DNA of 64,000 bases from Candidatus Poriferihabitaceae bacterium (GCA_965214055.1 OZ243931.1:2900693-2964692); one strand, 5' to 3'; positions 10,902 through 21,584 are shown, counted from the stretch's first letter. Made by a program: numbers and translations. The notes: generated by a model not told the origin, from the sequence alone.

Positions 10902-12216
10902 ACTTTCCCTGGCCGCCTACATGTTCCCGTTTCTGCTTGTCCTGGTGTTTGCAGGCATTCCGGTGGCGTTCAGCCTCATCGCAACCGCCTTCGTGTTCGG
11001 CGTCATGGCCTTCGGCATGACGCTGCCGACACAGTTTCACAGCCGCCTGTTCAACGTTCAGTCCAACTTCATCCTGGTAGCCATTCCCCTGTTCATTTTC
11101 ATGGGGGCCATGCTGGAGCGGGCAGGAATTGCGGCCCGGCTGTTCGAGGCGGTTAAAATCTGGTTCGGTCCCTTCCGGGGCGGGCTGGCCATTACCACGA
11201 TCACGCTGTGCGGGATTTTTGCGGCATCGTCCGGGGTGGTCGGTGCCGTGGAGATCGTTGTCGGAATCATGGCCATACCGGCAATGCTCGGTGCCGGGTA
11301 TCGAAGGGACTTTGCCGCGGGAACGGTATGCGCCGGCGGCTCCCTCGGGACCGCCATCCCGCCTTCCATCGTCATCATCCTGTATGCATCAATGACGGAA
11401 ACCTCGGTGGGGGACATGTTTGCCGGCATTCTGATCCCCGCCGCCGTGATGGTCGTTTTGTTCCTGCTGTATATCCTGATTCGGTGTGCCGTGCAGCCGG
11501 ATGCCGGCCCGGGCTTCATCCCTGCCGGGAGCGGCTACACACTGGGTGAAAAATGCATGCTGGCACTGACTTCCCTGTTGCCGGCTGCCCTGCTTGTCTT
11601 CGCGGTTCTCGGCAGTATCTTCGCCGGCATCGCGACTCCCACCGAAGCCGCTGCAGTGGGTGCTCTGGGCTCGGTATTGTTGAGCATCGCCTACCGCCGG
11701 TTCTCGTTCACCGTCCTGCTCCAGACGCTCAGAAAAACCATCAAGGTGACCTCGATGATCATGCTGATTGTCTTCGGAGGGATCCTGTTCGCAAGCATCT
11801 TCATTGTGCAGGGCGGAGATGACCTGGTTTCCGGAATCATTCATGATCACGATTTCAGTCCAACCGCCATCGTTTTCGGTTTGCTGCTCATCGTTTTTTT
11901 GCTGGGTTTCGTACTGGACTGGATCTCGGTCCTCATTATTGTCCTGCCCATTGCGTACCCGATCATTCAAAGCGCAGGTATCAATCCGCTGTGGTTCGGG
12001 GTCATGGTATGCATCATTCTCCAAACCTCCTACCTAACCCCTCCCATGGCGCCATCCATCTTCTATCTCCGATCCATCGCACCGGGGGAAATCACCTACC
12101 GCGACATGTACCGGGGAGTCACGCCGTATATTGGTGCCCAGCTGCTGACTCTTGCCATGGTCGCCTGTTTTCCCCGAACGGCAACCTGGTTGCCGGAACT
12201 GCTGTTTGGATTCTAG
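10894..12216 (+). CDS. TRAP transporter large permease (DctM)
   Basis: GIPVAFSL, AIPLFIFMG, GSLGTAIPPS, TPTEAAAVG and QTSYLTPP. Confidence 0.92.
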   Translation: MIELSLAAYMFPFLLVLVFAGIPVAFSLIATAFVFGVMAFGMTLPTQFHSRLFNVQSNFILVAIPLFIFMGAMLERAGIAARLFEAVKIWFGPFRGGLAITTITLCGIFAASSGVVGAVEIVVGIMAIPAMLGAGYRRDFAAGTVCAGGSLGTAIPPSIVIILYASMTETSVGDMFAGILIPAAVMVVLFLLYILIRCAVQPDAGPGFIPAGSGYTLGEKCMLALTSLLPAALLVFAVLGSIFAGIATPTEAAAVGALGSVLLSIAYRRFSFTVLLQTLRKTIKVTSMIMLIVFGGILFASIFIVQGGDDLVSGIIHDHDFSPTAIVFGLLLIVFLLGFVLDWISVLIIVLPIAYPIIQSAGINPLWFGVMVCIILQTSYLTPPMAPSIFYLRSIAPGEITYRDMYRGVTPYIGAQLLTLAMVACFPRTATWLPELLFGF

Positions 12217-12352
12217 AGATGCCGAGGAAGATACCGGTATTTCGGGCCGGTCCGGATCGCCGGGTGGCGGGGGTGGGATGGGAAACATTCCAATCCGTTT
12301 CTGGTAAATTTTCAGTGTACAATCATCCTAAACTTCCAGGCAGAACATAAAA

Positions 12353-13456
12353 ATGGCGGATAACCCTGTTTCTGGCGATTCATTCGGTGAAGCCGATGGC
12401 GATGGAAATTCTACCGACTGGCTGTGGACCGTCGGCGGTGCCGACCTTCCCCAGCTACACCGCGCACTGCTTCGTCTGGAAGGATTTGGTAACGTCCGTC
12501 CCGATGAGCTGGCTCCGATATGGGGAAAGGGGCTGACGCATGCCCATGTCGACATTCGCGGTACGGGTGCCATTCTTCGTATTCCGCGCCTGAGTGGGTA
12601 TGGTTTCGGGCCGGCACAGAACCTAACCTACCAGGAAGCCTGCTTTTCCCGGGCTGCTCCGAGCGGGGTGACACCACGCCTGCTGGGCCGGATCGCTCCG
12701 GGAGAAGGGGTTCCCTGGGGTGCCCTCGTCGTGCAGAAAGTGACCGGAACCCCTCCTGTTCTGCCGGACCACCTGCCCCGAATCGCCCGTTCACTGGCCG
12801 CCCTCCATCTTCTGGCCGTTCCCGACGAAAAGCGATTTCCCCCGTTGCTCCATCACCACGACCCCGTCCGGTCGACCGTCGAGGTAATTGACGCCCAATC
12901 GGCCTACCTGGAACGTGCCGGCATTTCAGAAGAGGCGTTGCGCCTGCTCCACGAGGAAATTTCCTGGGCACATTCCTTTGCGGCATCGCCCGAGTTTTCC
13001 GATCATCCCGTCACACTTGCCGGCTGCGATACCCATCCGGGAAACTTCATTGTGGACGAGGCTGGCCGTGCCATGTTCGTCGATCTTGAGAAACTGGTCT
13101 ATGGCTCTCCCGCGATCGATCTGGCCCATGCCTGCGTCTACACGTCCACCATGTGGGATCCGGACATCCGCACGGTACTGACCAATGCGCAGGTATCGAT
13201 GTTCTACGATGCCTATTTCGATGCCGTTCCACGGGAGCTAGGAAACCGGATTCGACCCTGGTGCAAGCCAATACGCCGACTGATCTGGCTACGGACGACA
13301 ACGTGGTGTGCCAAGTGGCAGGTCGAAGCCCGTGCGGACGCCACCTGGTCCATGATCCTGCGCAATCCGGCCTTCATGAAGGTGCTCCAGAGGCGTTTTT
13401 CGGACTATTTCGACCCGGAGACCATCGCCCGGATACGGGAAGGCTTTCTTCAATGA
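12353..13456 (+). CDS. Aminoglycoside/choline phosphotransferase (APH-fold) small-molecule kinase
   Basis: Brenner-like motif CDTHPGNF and metal-binding FVDLEK...GSPAIDLAH. Confidence 0.75.
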   Translation: MADNPVSGDSFGEADGDGNSTDWLWTVGGADLPQLHRALLRLEGFGNVRPDELAPIWGKGLTHAHVDIRGTGAILRIPRLSGYGFGPAQNLTYQEACFSRAAPSGVTPRLLGRIAPGEGVPWGALVVQKVTGTPPVLPDHLPRIARSLAALHLLAVPDEKRFPPLLHHHDPVRSTVEVIDAQSAYLERAGISEEALRLLHEEISWAHSFAASPEFSDHPVTLAGCDTHPGNFIVDEAGRAMFVDLEKLVYGSPAIDLAHACVYTSTMWDPDIRTVLTNAQVSMFYDAYFDAVPRELGNRIRPWCKPIRRLIWLRTTTWCAKWQVEARADATWSMILRNPAFMKVLQRRFSDYFDPETIARIREGFLQ

Positions 13457-13483
13457 CACAATAACGGTTGTGACGATGCGGTA

Positions 13484-14051
13484 ATGAATCAAATCGATAC
13501 ATTCTTTTTGCGTGACGTGCGCGGTTTTGTGGCGAACATACACTTGACATACATCCGGTTTGTTCTGCGACATTGAACTCCGGGAACCGGGAGATTCCCG
13601 GGGTGACCCCTTTGAGTTGATGATTGAAGTCAGGGGCTCCAGTGTAAACCTGATGGATGCAGGATACGGCGTCAACCAGGTTCTGCCTGTTTTGGTCCGC
13701 ATCTTCAGAAATCGAGGTGCCAGGTTTCTGTTGCAACAGCCAGAGAGTTATCTACCTCCCAAAGACCAAGCCGAACTGATTTCCTTGTTGGTTGATAACA
13801 ACAGAACACAAAAAAACTCCTTTGTCATCGAAACTCACAGTGATTACATGATCGACCGTATTCGAATAGAAATCATGAAGGGAAAAATAAAACCGGAGGA
13901 TGTATCGTTGATTTACCTGGAACCGGACGGCAATCAAATCAAAACACACAATATCACCTTTGACGCTCAGGCCAACCTGATCAACGTTCCGGATGGCTAT
14001 CGGGAGTTTTTCCTTAAAGAATCGGATGAATTGCTCGGTTTTATAGATTGA
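13484..14051 (+). pseudogene. Internally deleted AAA/ABC ATPase with DUF3696-like C-terminus
   Basis: An out-of-frame N-terminal stub (MNQIDTFFLRDVRGF..GEHTLDIHP) is joined to the C-terminal half: NLMDAGYGVNQVLP signature, degenerate Walker B LLQQPESYLPP, and H-loop IETHSDY. There is no Walker A. AT-richer than the flanks. Confidence 0.75.
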
Positions 14052-14104
14052 CTCAGGCGCTGATTCCGGATGCCGGGTGCCTGCGCTCTGGCCTTTTTCG
14101 AGCA

Positions 14105-14857
14105 CTACCGCAGATGCTCCAGAATTTTGATGGCATCGACACGGACGGCTGACAGGCATTTGTAAATGGCCTGCATGGTAATCCCGGCAGGGCCCCTGCC
14201 GGCGGCTTCGTTGACGACCAGTGCAACACAGGCATAGGCCATCTCCATTTCCCTGGCCAGGGCGGCTTCCGGCATGATCGTCATCCCCACCACGTCCGCC
14301 CCGTCCCTTTCCAGTCGGTCTATTTCAGCAGCGGTTTCAAGCCGGGGGCCCTGTGTCACGGCATAGGTGCCCCTGCAGCCGATCTCAACATGAGCCTTTC
14401 GGGCCGCCTGAATCACCACCGCCCTGAGCTGTGGACAAAATGGCGAGGTGAAGTCAATGTGCCGGACACCGTTTTCCATTTCCGGATCCGCCATGGGTTC
14501 ACCGTCAAAAAAAGTATGCGCCCTGCCCCATGTGTAGTCGATCAACTGGTCCGGAACCACGATGGTCCCGGGAAGGGACTCCTTCGATATCCCGCCGACC
14601 GCCGCAAAGGCCAGAACTTCGGTCACCCCTGCCTGCTTCAAGGCATGAATATTGGCACGGTAATTGATTTTATGGGGCGCGATAGTGTGATTCCTTCCAT
14701 GCCTCGGTAAAAACACGATTTCGCGCTCGGCGATTTTTCCAAATAAAAGTGGAGAGGACGGGGGGCCATAGGGAGTCTTCAGCGTCCGCTCGTTCACGGT
14801 TTGGAGAGCGTCCATCCGGTCCAGTCCACTTCCACCGATGATGCCCAGTAACGTCAT
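14105..14857 (-). CDS. mtnP: S-methyl-5'-thioinosine/thioadenosine phosphorylase
   Basis: GIIGGSG, TPYGPPS, LPRHG..HTIAPHKINYRAN, QGPRLETAAEI, VVGMT.MPEA.LARE and VVN.AAG. Confidence 0.9.
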   Translation of the reverse strand: MTLLGIIGGSGLDRMDALQTVNERTLKTPYGPPSSPLLFGKIAEREIVFLPRHGRNHTIAPHKINYRANIHALKQAGVTEVLAFAAVGGISKESLPGTIVVPDQLIDYTWGRAHTFFDGEPMADPEMENGVRHIDFTSPFCPQLRAVVIQAARKAHVEIGCRGTYAVTQGPRLETAAEIDRLERDGADVVGMTIMPEAALAREMEMAYACVALVVNEAAGRGPAGITMQAIYKCLSAVRVDAIKILEHLR

Positions 14858-14976
14858 GGGACCCAACGGGCAGCCTGGATTTTGAGGCCGCAAGGGCCTT
14901 GCCGGGTTCGACCGGAAGGCTCAGCAGGAAGATTGAAGGGTGTCGGCTTTTTTTCCATGGCTTGGGTTGCTTGGGT

Positions 14977-15849
14977 TTATGGTTTTTCTTCCAGCAGGGA
15001 CCCCAGGTAGGCCCCATACTCATTGTTCCTGAATTCATCCGCCAGGCGTTCCAGCTGCAAATCGTCGATATTGCCCATGCGCCAGCAGATTTCTTCGGGA
15101 CAGCACACTTTCCGCCCCTGTTCTCTTTCAACCGTTTCCATGTATTTTGCCGCGGTAAGCAGGGAACCGCTGGTCCCCGCATCAAACCAGGCCACCTTCG
15201 GGTCCAGCACTTCGACACCCAGGCTCCGGTCATCCAGGTACGTCCGGTTCAAATCCGTGATTTCCAGTTCACCCCGGGCAGAAGGAGTCAATGTTCTGGC
15301 TCTGGCAGACACCGTTGAGTCGTAAAAATACAGTCCGGTCACGGCCAATGATGATTTTGGGGCGATCGGCTTCTCCTCAAGATCACAAACCTGTCCCGCC
15401 TCATCCAGGGTCACAACACCGTAGCGTTCCGGGTCAGGCACCCGGTACCCAAGGATTCGTGCCCCCTTGGTGATCGCCACCGCGCTTTGCAGGCTTTTTT
15501 CCAGAGAACCCCCGTGAAACAGGTTGTCTCCCAGAATGAGTGCGCTGGGGCGGTTCCCGATGAATTCCGACCCGATGATCACGGCCTGGGCAAGCCCCTG
15601 TGGGGAGGTCTGGACCGCGTAGGAAAGGTCAATCCCCCACTTGCTACCATCCCCCAGCAGGTGCTGGAACCGGGGAGTATCCCAGGGCGTGGAGATCACC
15701 AGGATATTCCTGATTCCTGCCAGCAGCAGCACCGACAACGGATAATAGATCATCGGTTTGTCATAAACCGGAAGCAGATGTTTGGAGACCGAAGAGGTGA
15801 CCGGCCACAGCCGGGAACCCAGACCCCCCGCCAGAATCAGCCCTCTCAC
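14977..15849 (-). CDS. rfbA: Glucose-1-phosphate thymidylyltransferase
   Basis: GLILAGGLGSRLWP, LLPVYDKPMIYYPLS, EEKP, SARGELEITD and WFDAGT. Confidence 0.95.
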   Translation of the reverse strand: MRGLILAGGLGSRLWPVTSSVSKHLLPVYDKPMIYYPLSVLLLAGIRNILVISTPWDTPRFQHLLGDGSKWGIDLSYAVQTSPQGLAQAVIIGSEFIGNRPSALILGDNLFHGGSLEKSLQSAVAITKGARILGYRVPDPERYGVVTLDEAGQVCDLEEKPIAPKSSLAVTGLYFYDSTVSARARTLTPSARGELEITDLNRTYLDDRSLGVEVLDPKVAWFDAGTSGSLLTAAKYMETVEREQGRKVCCPEEICWRMGNIDDLQLERLADEFRNNEYGAYLGSLLEEKP

Positions 15850-15914
15850 CCGCTGCCTCCGGAATCTTTCCAGCCAGGCAAAACGGTGTGACTCATTGAC
15901 GGGTCTCCTGGATG

Positions 15915-16922
15915 TTAATGATGGCGGGGGCGGGCAGAAGAAGACTCCAGGGTGGACAAATATTTAGACACCCCGGTCTCAACGTTGTCAAACGGGGCGG
16001 TATACCCGCTGGATATCAGGCGGTGCATATCCGCCCGGGTATAACTCTGGTATTTTCCCTCCAGGTTCCCCGGCAAGGGAACATACACGATTTTCCCTTC
16101 CGCCCTGGCCTTTTCCAGGGAAATTCGGGCCTGTCCATCGGTCTCCCGACAACTGTTGATGACGGACAATGCGACCTCGTTAAAACTCTGGCACTGGCCC
16201 GTTCCCACGTTAAAAATACCGCTCAGGCCCGGATGGTCCAGCAAAAACAGGTTCACCTTGACGATATCGTCCACATAAATAAAATCACGGACCTGTTCCC
16301 CATCGGCGAAGCCGCCGGTCCCGGCGAAAAGCTTCACCTGGCCGCTTCCACGGTACTGATGGTAAAAGTGCCAGGCCACGGATGCCATTTTGTCCTTATG
16401 GTTCTCACCCGGGCCATAGACGTTGAAATAGCGCAGCCCCGCACATTGAACTGGAAGGTCCGTTTGCCTGCGGACATAATTGTCAAACATCAGCTTCGAC
16501 CAGCCATAGGCATTGAGAGCGGATTCGTTTTCAGGTGCCTCGCGAAAACGGTTGCCACGGCCATACACAGAGGCTGACGAGGCATAAATAAACGGAACCC
16601 GGTGCTCCATGCAGTACCGGAACAGCATTTTCGAATACAGGTAGTTGTTGGACAGCACATAATTCCCATCGGTGCACATGGTATCCGAACAGGCCCCCTG
16701 GTGAAAAACCGCCGTGACCGAGCCAAAATACCCGCCGTTTTCCAGGCCATCCAGAAACTTCCGTTTCTCCAGGCATTCGGCCACACTCAGGGCCGACAGG
16801 TTGTCCGCCTTTCTGGGATCATTCAGATCATCCACCACCACAATTCGGTGGTGACCCATCCGGTTCAGGGCCTGAACAAGGTTGGATCCGATAAACCCCG
16901 CCCCTCCCGTGACGACAATCAA
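15915..16922 (-). CDS. hldD: ADP-L-glycero-D-manno-heptose 6-epimerase
   Basis: VTGGAGFIGSNLV, FHQGACSDT, YASSA, YGWSK, RYFNVYGP.E.HK.KMAS and GKYQSYTRAD. Confidence 0.95.
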   Translation of the reverse strand: MIVVTGGAGFIGSNLVQALNRMGHHRIVVVDDLNDPRKADNLSALSVAECLEKRKFLDGLENGGYFGSVTAVFHQGACSDTMCTDGNYVLSNNYLYSKMLFRYCMEHRVPFIYASSASVYGRGNRFREAPENESALNAYGWSKLMFDNYVRRQTDLPVQCAGLRYFNVYGPGENHKDKMASVAWHFYHQYRGSGQVKLFAGTGGFADGEQVRDFIYVDDIVKVNLFLLDHPGLSGIFNVGTGQCQSFNEVALSVINSCRETDGQARISLEKARAEGKIVYVPLPGNLEGKYQSYTRADMHRLISSGYTAPFDNVETGVSKYLSTLESSSARPRHH

Positions 16923-17884
16923 AAGACGGACTCCTCCAGCAGGGCGGCCCGCAATTCCTCCCGGGTCGCCGTTGCGGTTCCGAGCTTGGAGACCACGATA
17001 CCCGCCGCGCTGTTGGCGAATTCCATGGCATCCCCCCGGGACAAACCGGCGGACACCGCCATCGCCATCACGGCAATGACCGTATCTCCTGCACCACTGA
17101 CATCGTACACCTCCCGACTGCGGGCGGATATTTTCAGGGGCTTGTGACCAGTTTCAAACAGTTTCATTCCCTTGTCGCTGAGGGTGACCAGCAGCTGTTC
17201 AATCCCGTTTTCCTCGATCAGCCGGTGTGCCTTGCGGGTCAAATCACGATCCGTCGTCATTTCTCCTGCCGCCGCTTCGAACTCGCTGAGATTCGGAGTC
17301 ACCATGGTTGCCCCCCGGTACCGGGAATAATCCGTCCCTTTCGGATCCACCAAAACCGGTTTTCCGCATTGTCGGGCCAGTACAATCAATGATTCGATTT
17401 GTCCCAGGCAACCCTTGTCATAATCTGACAGCACCACGACATCATGCATCTCAACCAGATTCTTGTACTGACTGTACACCTTGGCACACACGTCATCGCC
17501 GGGGGTGTTCTCAAAATCAGCCCGAAGGAGCTGCTGGTTTCGGGACAGCACGCGAAGCTTGACCGTGGTGGTGGTCTTCCGGTCGGACACCAGCACCGTG
17601 TTGATGCCTTCGGCGGATGCAATGCGCTGGATGCTTTGCCCCGGGTCGTCCTTTCCCACCACACTGATCAGTGTGCAGAAACCGTCCAGCCCGGTAATGT
17701 TCCGGGCCACATTCCCGGCCCCTCCGACTCTTTCCTGGGTTTCCCGGACTGCAATCACCGGGACCGGCGCCTCCGGAGAAATCCGCTTGACGTCTCCCAT
17801 CCAATACTGGTCGAGCATGACATCCCCCACCACCAGCACTTTGGTGTCAGCTATTTTATCAAGTTGGTGGTCAACCGATTCCAA
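16919..17884 (-). CDS. rfaE1: Stand-alone D-glycero-beta-D-manno-heptose-7-phosphate kinase (HldA/RfaE1)
   Basis: VGDVMLDQYW.G.V.RISPEAPVPV, TPNLSEFE and EVYDVSGAGDTV. No fused adenylyltransferase domain. Confidence 0.92.
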   Translation of the reverse strand: MESVDHQLDKIADTKVLVVGDVMLDQYWMGDVKRISPEAPVPVIAVRETQERVGGAGNVARNITGLDGFCTLISVVGKDDPGQSIQRIASAEGINTVLVSDRKTTTTVKLRVLSRNQQLLRADFENTPGDDVCAKVYSQYKNLVEMHDVVVLSDYDKGCLGQIESLIVLARQCGKPVLVDPKGTDYSRYRGATMVTPNLSEFEAAAGEMTTDRDLTRKAHRLIEENGIEQLLVTLSDKGMKLFETGHKPLKISARSREVYDVSGAGDTVIAVMAMAVSAGLSRGDAMEFANSAAGIVVSKLGTATATREELRAALLEESVF

Positions 17885-17930
17885 AACAGGTCTATCCGGT
17901 ATTTTATCTGGTTACGGCGCAAGCGAGACC

Positions 17931-17958
17931 ATTGCGATCCTCAAATTGCGATCCTCAA
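17931..17958. repeat. Perfect 14-bp tandem duplication (ATTGCGATCCTCAA x2)
   Basis: Read directly in the lapB-rfaE1 intergenic region. Confidence 0.9.
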
Positions 17959-18067
17959 CGATGGCATCACCGCGTACGCCTGATTTTAACGGAACCGTAG
18001 CGGGGTCAGGTTCCCGTACGGCACCGTTTCGACTTTCAACCGGTTGCCGTCCTGTTCGTGGCCGCCG

Positions 18068-19255
18068 TCAGGAGTGCGTGGCAAGTTTCACCCCGGACTG
18101 CCTGCGTATCGTTTCCCACCCTTTGCATCCCGGGCACTGCCAATGCAGCGTGTTACTCTGAAATCCGCATTGGCTGCAATTGTAGCTCTTCCCCGCTTCG
18201 ACCACATCACAAAGCAGTCCCGCTAAAATGGAGAAGTCCTTTTCCTGCCGGCTTGAAACCGGGCCCCGGCTTCGATTGGACATCAACTGGGACAGGCTTT
18301 CCAGGTTCGGATATTTGCGAACCAGTTCCAGCAGCCTGGTCTGCTCCGCTGCATTCCCCTGTTTCTGGCCAGTCAGCTGAACCAGTTTGGAGATAATCCT
18401 GGGGTCGGAATTTTTTTTCAGCGCAGATTCGAGAAACCTGACCAGGGATTTCTCATCCCCAAGCTGGCGGTAACTGTTTGAGACATGCCCCACTACCTCG
18501 CCAATCGCTTCAGGAGCCCAACGCTCCAGCCCTCGCCAGATGACAATCGCATGGGCATGATTCCCCTTCATCGAAGCAATACGACCGGACAGGATGACGG
18601 CTCTGATGCATCTCATGTCCTTCTTGAATGCCGATTCAAGGTATCCTTCCGCAATCTGGTTGTTGCCCTCAGAGATTGCACCTTCGGCCAGCTCGCAGTT
18701 ATAGTGCGCAATGGTGGATGAATAGTCCTGTTCTGAAAATCGATCCAGCTCTTCAGCAATCTGAATGGCGTTTTTCCATTCTTTTTCCTGGTCGTAAATC
18801 TGCAACAGGAACCGGCAGGTCTGTTCCCGGTATTCAGCAACCTGCCTCAGTTCCTGGAACAGGTTTTCCGCCCGATCAAACAGCCCGGCCTTAAAGTAAT
18901 CCTGGCCCAGTTCGAACAGGGCCATGGAACGCAGGCTGTCATCAAGATCCGTTCTCGCCACCAGATTCTGATGAATCCGGGTCGCCCGCCCCACTTCTCC
19001 AAGGCGTCGAAACAGATTACCGAGTGCCAAGTGCATTTCCACGGTTTCCTTGTCCACTTCAACAACTTCCAGAAATACCTGCAACGCCTTGTCCGGCTGC
19101 TCATTCAACAGAAAACTGAGTCCCTTGAAATAGGATTCGGGCAGGTCTCTGGAACGAGTGGTCCGGGTGGGCCGGTTGCGTTCATTCATGGCCATATACC
19201 AGCCCCCAGCAGCAGCCAGGGGGAGAAGAAGCAACAACCAGACGGGATCCATCAT
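18068..19255 (-). CDS. lapB: LPS assembly protein B (TPR + rubredoxin-like)
   Basis: N-terminal TM segment, YFKGLSFLLNEQPDKA, HLALGNLFRR.GE and C-terminal C..CGF....LHWQCPGC..W. Confidence 0.95.
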   Translation of the reverse strand: MMDPVWLLLLLPLAAAGGWYMAMNERNRPTRTTRSRDLPESYFKGLSFLLNEQPDKALQVFLEVVEVDKETVEMHLALGNLFRRLGEVGRATRIHQNLVARTDLDDSLRSMALFELGQDYFKAGLFDRAENLFQELRQVAEYREQTCRFLLQIYDQEKEWKNAIQIAEELDRFSEQDYSSTIAHYNCELAEGAISEGNNQIAEGYLESAFKKDMRCIRAVILSGRIASMKGNHAHAIVIWRGLERWAPEAIGEVVGHVSNSYRQLGDEKSLVRFLESALKKNSDPRIISKLVQLTGQKQGNAAEQTRLLELVRKYPNLESLSQLMSNRSRGPVSSRQEKDFSILAGLLCDVVEAGKSYNCSQCGFQSNTLHWQCPGCKGWETIRRQSGVKLATHS

Positions 19256-19291
19256 TTAGCTCAATACATGTTCAGACTGGGAGGATGGATA

Positions 19292-19552
19292 TTACAAAGC
19301 GGGGGGTTGCAGTTTTTTCAGTTTTTTTCTGGCTATGGACAGATTTCGCCGAACTTTCAGTGAAGACAGCCAGCTGACCAGAAACCCACTGATCATACCC
19401 ACCCCCAGTGTGCACAGCAACAGGGCAGACAGACTGACTTCCCGTTGAAAATTCAGGTATTTCAGTTCCACCGGCTGGCTGTTCAGGTATGTAAAAGTCA
19501 ATCCAATAAAAACGGTAATCACGATCACCACAATATAGAGGAGTTTCGCCAT
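19292..19552 (-). CDS. lapA: LPS assembly protein A
   Basis: Two TM segments, N.QPVELKYL and a basic tail. Position between ihfB and lapB. Confidence 0.85.
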   Translation of the reverse strand: MAKLLYIVVIVITVFIGLTFTYLNSQPVELKYLNFQREVSLSALLLCTLGVGMISGFLVSWLSSLKVRRNLSIARKKLKKLQPPAL

Positions 19553-19559
19553 GCCGACT

Positions 19560-19895
19560 TTAAGTCTTGCTCCCCCCGTCTACACGTTTGCGCAAATCAG
19601 CTCCAGGTTTGAAGTGGGGCACATATTTTTCCGAAACATGGACTTTCTCCCCGGTTTTGGGATTGCGCCCGATTCTTGGAGGCCGATAGCGCAGGGACAT
19701 GCTTCCAAACCCCCTGATTTCAATGCGCTCGCCATTGGCCAGCGCACTGGACATGCGGTCCAGAATACTGTTGACAGCCAACTCCACATCGGCTTCAGTC
19801 AGATGGGGCTGCTCAGCAGTCAAATAGACAATCAGTTCGGATTTGGTCAGGGTAGATTGTATCTCTCTCTTGTTAGGATTGTTTTGTGTAGACAT
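19560..19895 (-). CDS. ihfB: Integration host factor beta subunit
   Basis: [26 protein letters not shown] and KYVPHFKPG. Follows rpsA. Confidence 0.95.
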   Translation of the reverse strand: MSTQNNPNKREIQSTLTKSELIVYLTAEQPHLTEADVELAVNSILDRMSSALANGERIEIRGFGSMSLRYRPPRIGRNPKTGEKVHVSEKYVPHFKPGADLRKRVDGGSKT

Positions 19896-19907
19896 ATCGA
19901 CCTGTTG

Positions 19908-21584
19908 TCACGTAATCTGTTTATCCAGTTGTTTCTTGAGCTTGTCCCCCAGCGTTGCCCCGCTGACATGCGAATCCCGGGAATAGACCTGAACCGCTTC
20001 ATCTTCGATTTCCATATCTCTCATCTTGATGGACAGGGACAGTTTGCGGTCCTTGCGGTCAATACTGGTAATTTTCACCTCCACCTCGTCTCCTGACTTA
20101 AGGGCGGTTCGGGCATCTTCGACCCGGTTCCGGGAAATTTCCGACACCCTGAGATACCCTTCCACATACGGTGCCAGAGTGACCGTTGCGCCCTTGGCCC
20201 CCACTTCTTTCACAATACCGGTGACGTTACTCCCCTTCCGGTTTTCGGCAACAAAGCCCAGGAATGGATCCCCGGTGGATTGTTTGAGCCCCAGTGAAAT
20301 TCTTTCCCGTTCGGCATCCACCGCCAGGACCACCACCGTGAGTTCATCGCCTTTTTTGTACCCAGTCACCACGTCCTCTCCGGACTGGTCCCAGGACAGG
20401 TCAGACAAATGCACGAGACCATCAATCCCGCCATTCACCCCGATAAACACGCCGAAATCCGTGATGGAACGAATCTTGCCGGTAATGAAATCTCCTTTTT
20501 TGTGGTTCGCAGCGAATTCTTCCCACGGATTCGTCGTGCACTGCTTGATTCCAAGTGAGATACGGCGCCTGTCCGGGTCAATGTTGAGAACCTTCACTTC
20601 CAGTTCATCTCCAACCCGGCAGACTTTCCCCGGGTGGATGTTTTTATTGGTCCAGTCCATTTCCGACAGGTGCACCAGTCCTTCAATCCCTTCTTCCAGC
20701 TCCACGAACGCGCCATAGTCGGTCAGATTGGTGACCCTTCCGAAAACGCGGGTCCCGACTGGATATCGTCTGGACAGGTTTGTCCATGGGTCTTCACCCA
20801 GCTGTTTGAGACCGAGTGATACCCGGCACTGTTCTTTGTCAAATTTCAGAACACGGGCTTCAATTTCATCCCCTACCGACAGGACTTCGGAAGGATGCTT
20901 TACCCGCTTCCAGGCAAGGTCCGTGATATGCAACAGGCCGTCCAACCCGCCCAGATTGATGAAAGCCCCGTAATCGGTCAGGTTCTTGACCACCCCTTTC
21001 ACGACCTGGCCTTCTTCCAGGGTATTGAGGAGTTTTTCCCTTTCCTCGCTCAATTCGTTCTCAACAATGGCTCTTCTCGACACCACAATATTGTTCCGCG
21101 ACTGGTCCAGCGAAATGATTTTAAAATCCAGTTCCCGGCCTTCAATGTACGCGGAATCCTTGATCGGACGGACATCCACCAGGGACCCCGGCAAAAAGGC
21201 TCTCAAGCCACTGACGTCAACCGTGAACCCGCCTTTTACCTTACTGGAGATTTGACCCTGGATGATTGTGCCGTTTTCATGGGCTTCCGTAAGCTCTTTC
21301 CACACCCTGGCCCGCACCGCCGTTTCCCTGGACATTTTCGTGTTCCCGGTACCGTCCTCCACGGCGATCAGAGTCACTTCGACCTGCTCACCCACCTTGA
21401 CGGTCAGATCTCCTGCGGAATTCTTGAATTCGGTGGCTGGAATTTCGGCATCGGACTTCAGGCCCACGCTGACAACTACATAATCGTCGTTGGCTTCAAC
21501 AACGTCTCCCAGAATAATCTCACCCGGCCGCATGACGGCACTGGCCAGATTCTCTTCCAATAATGTTTGAAAATTTTCTGTCAT
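19908..21584 (-). CDS. rpsA: 30S ribosomal protein S1
   Basis: Repeated S1 domains ([31 protein letters not shown]). 558 aa. Confidence 0.98.
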   Translation of the reverse strand: MTENFQTLLEENLASAVMRPGEIILGDVVEANDDYVVVSVGLKSDAEIPATEFKNSAGDLTVKVGEQVEVTLIAVEDGTGNTKMSRETAVRARVWKELTEAHENGTIIQGQISSKVKGGFTVDVSGLRAFLPGSLVDVRPIKDSAYIEGRELDFKIISLDQSRNNIVVSRRAIVENELSEEREKLLNTLEEGQVVKGVVKNLTDYGAFINLGGLDGLLHITDLAWKRVKHPSEVLSVGDEIEARVLKFDKEQCRVSLGLKQLGEDPWTNLSRRYPVGTRVFGRVTNLTDYGAFVELEEGIEGLVHLSEMDWTNKNIHPGKVCRVGDELEVKVLNIDPDRRRISLGIKQCTTNPWEEFAANHKKGDFITGKIRSITDFGVFIGVNGGIDGLVHLSDLSWDQSGEDVVTGYKKGDELTVVVLAVDAERERISLGLKQSTGDPFLGFVAENRKGSNVTGIVKEVGAKGATVTLAPYVEGYLRVSEISRNRVEDARTALKSGDEVEVKITSIDRKDRKLSLSIKMRDMEIEDEAVQVYSRDSHVSGATLGDKLKKQLDKQIT

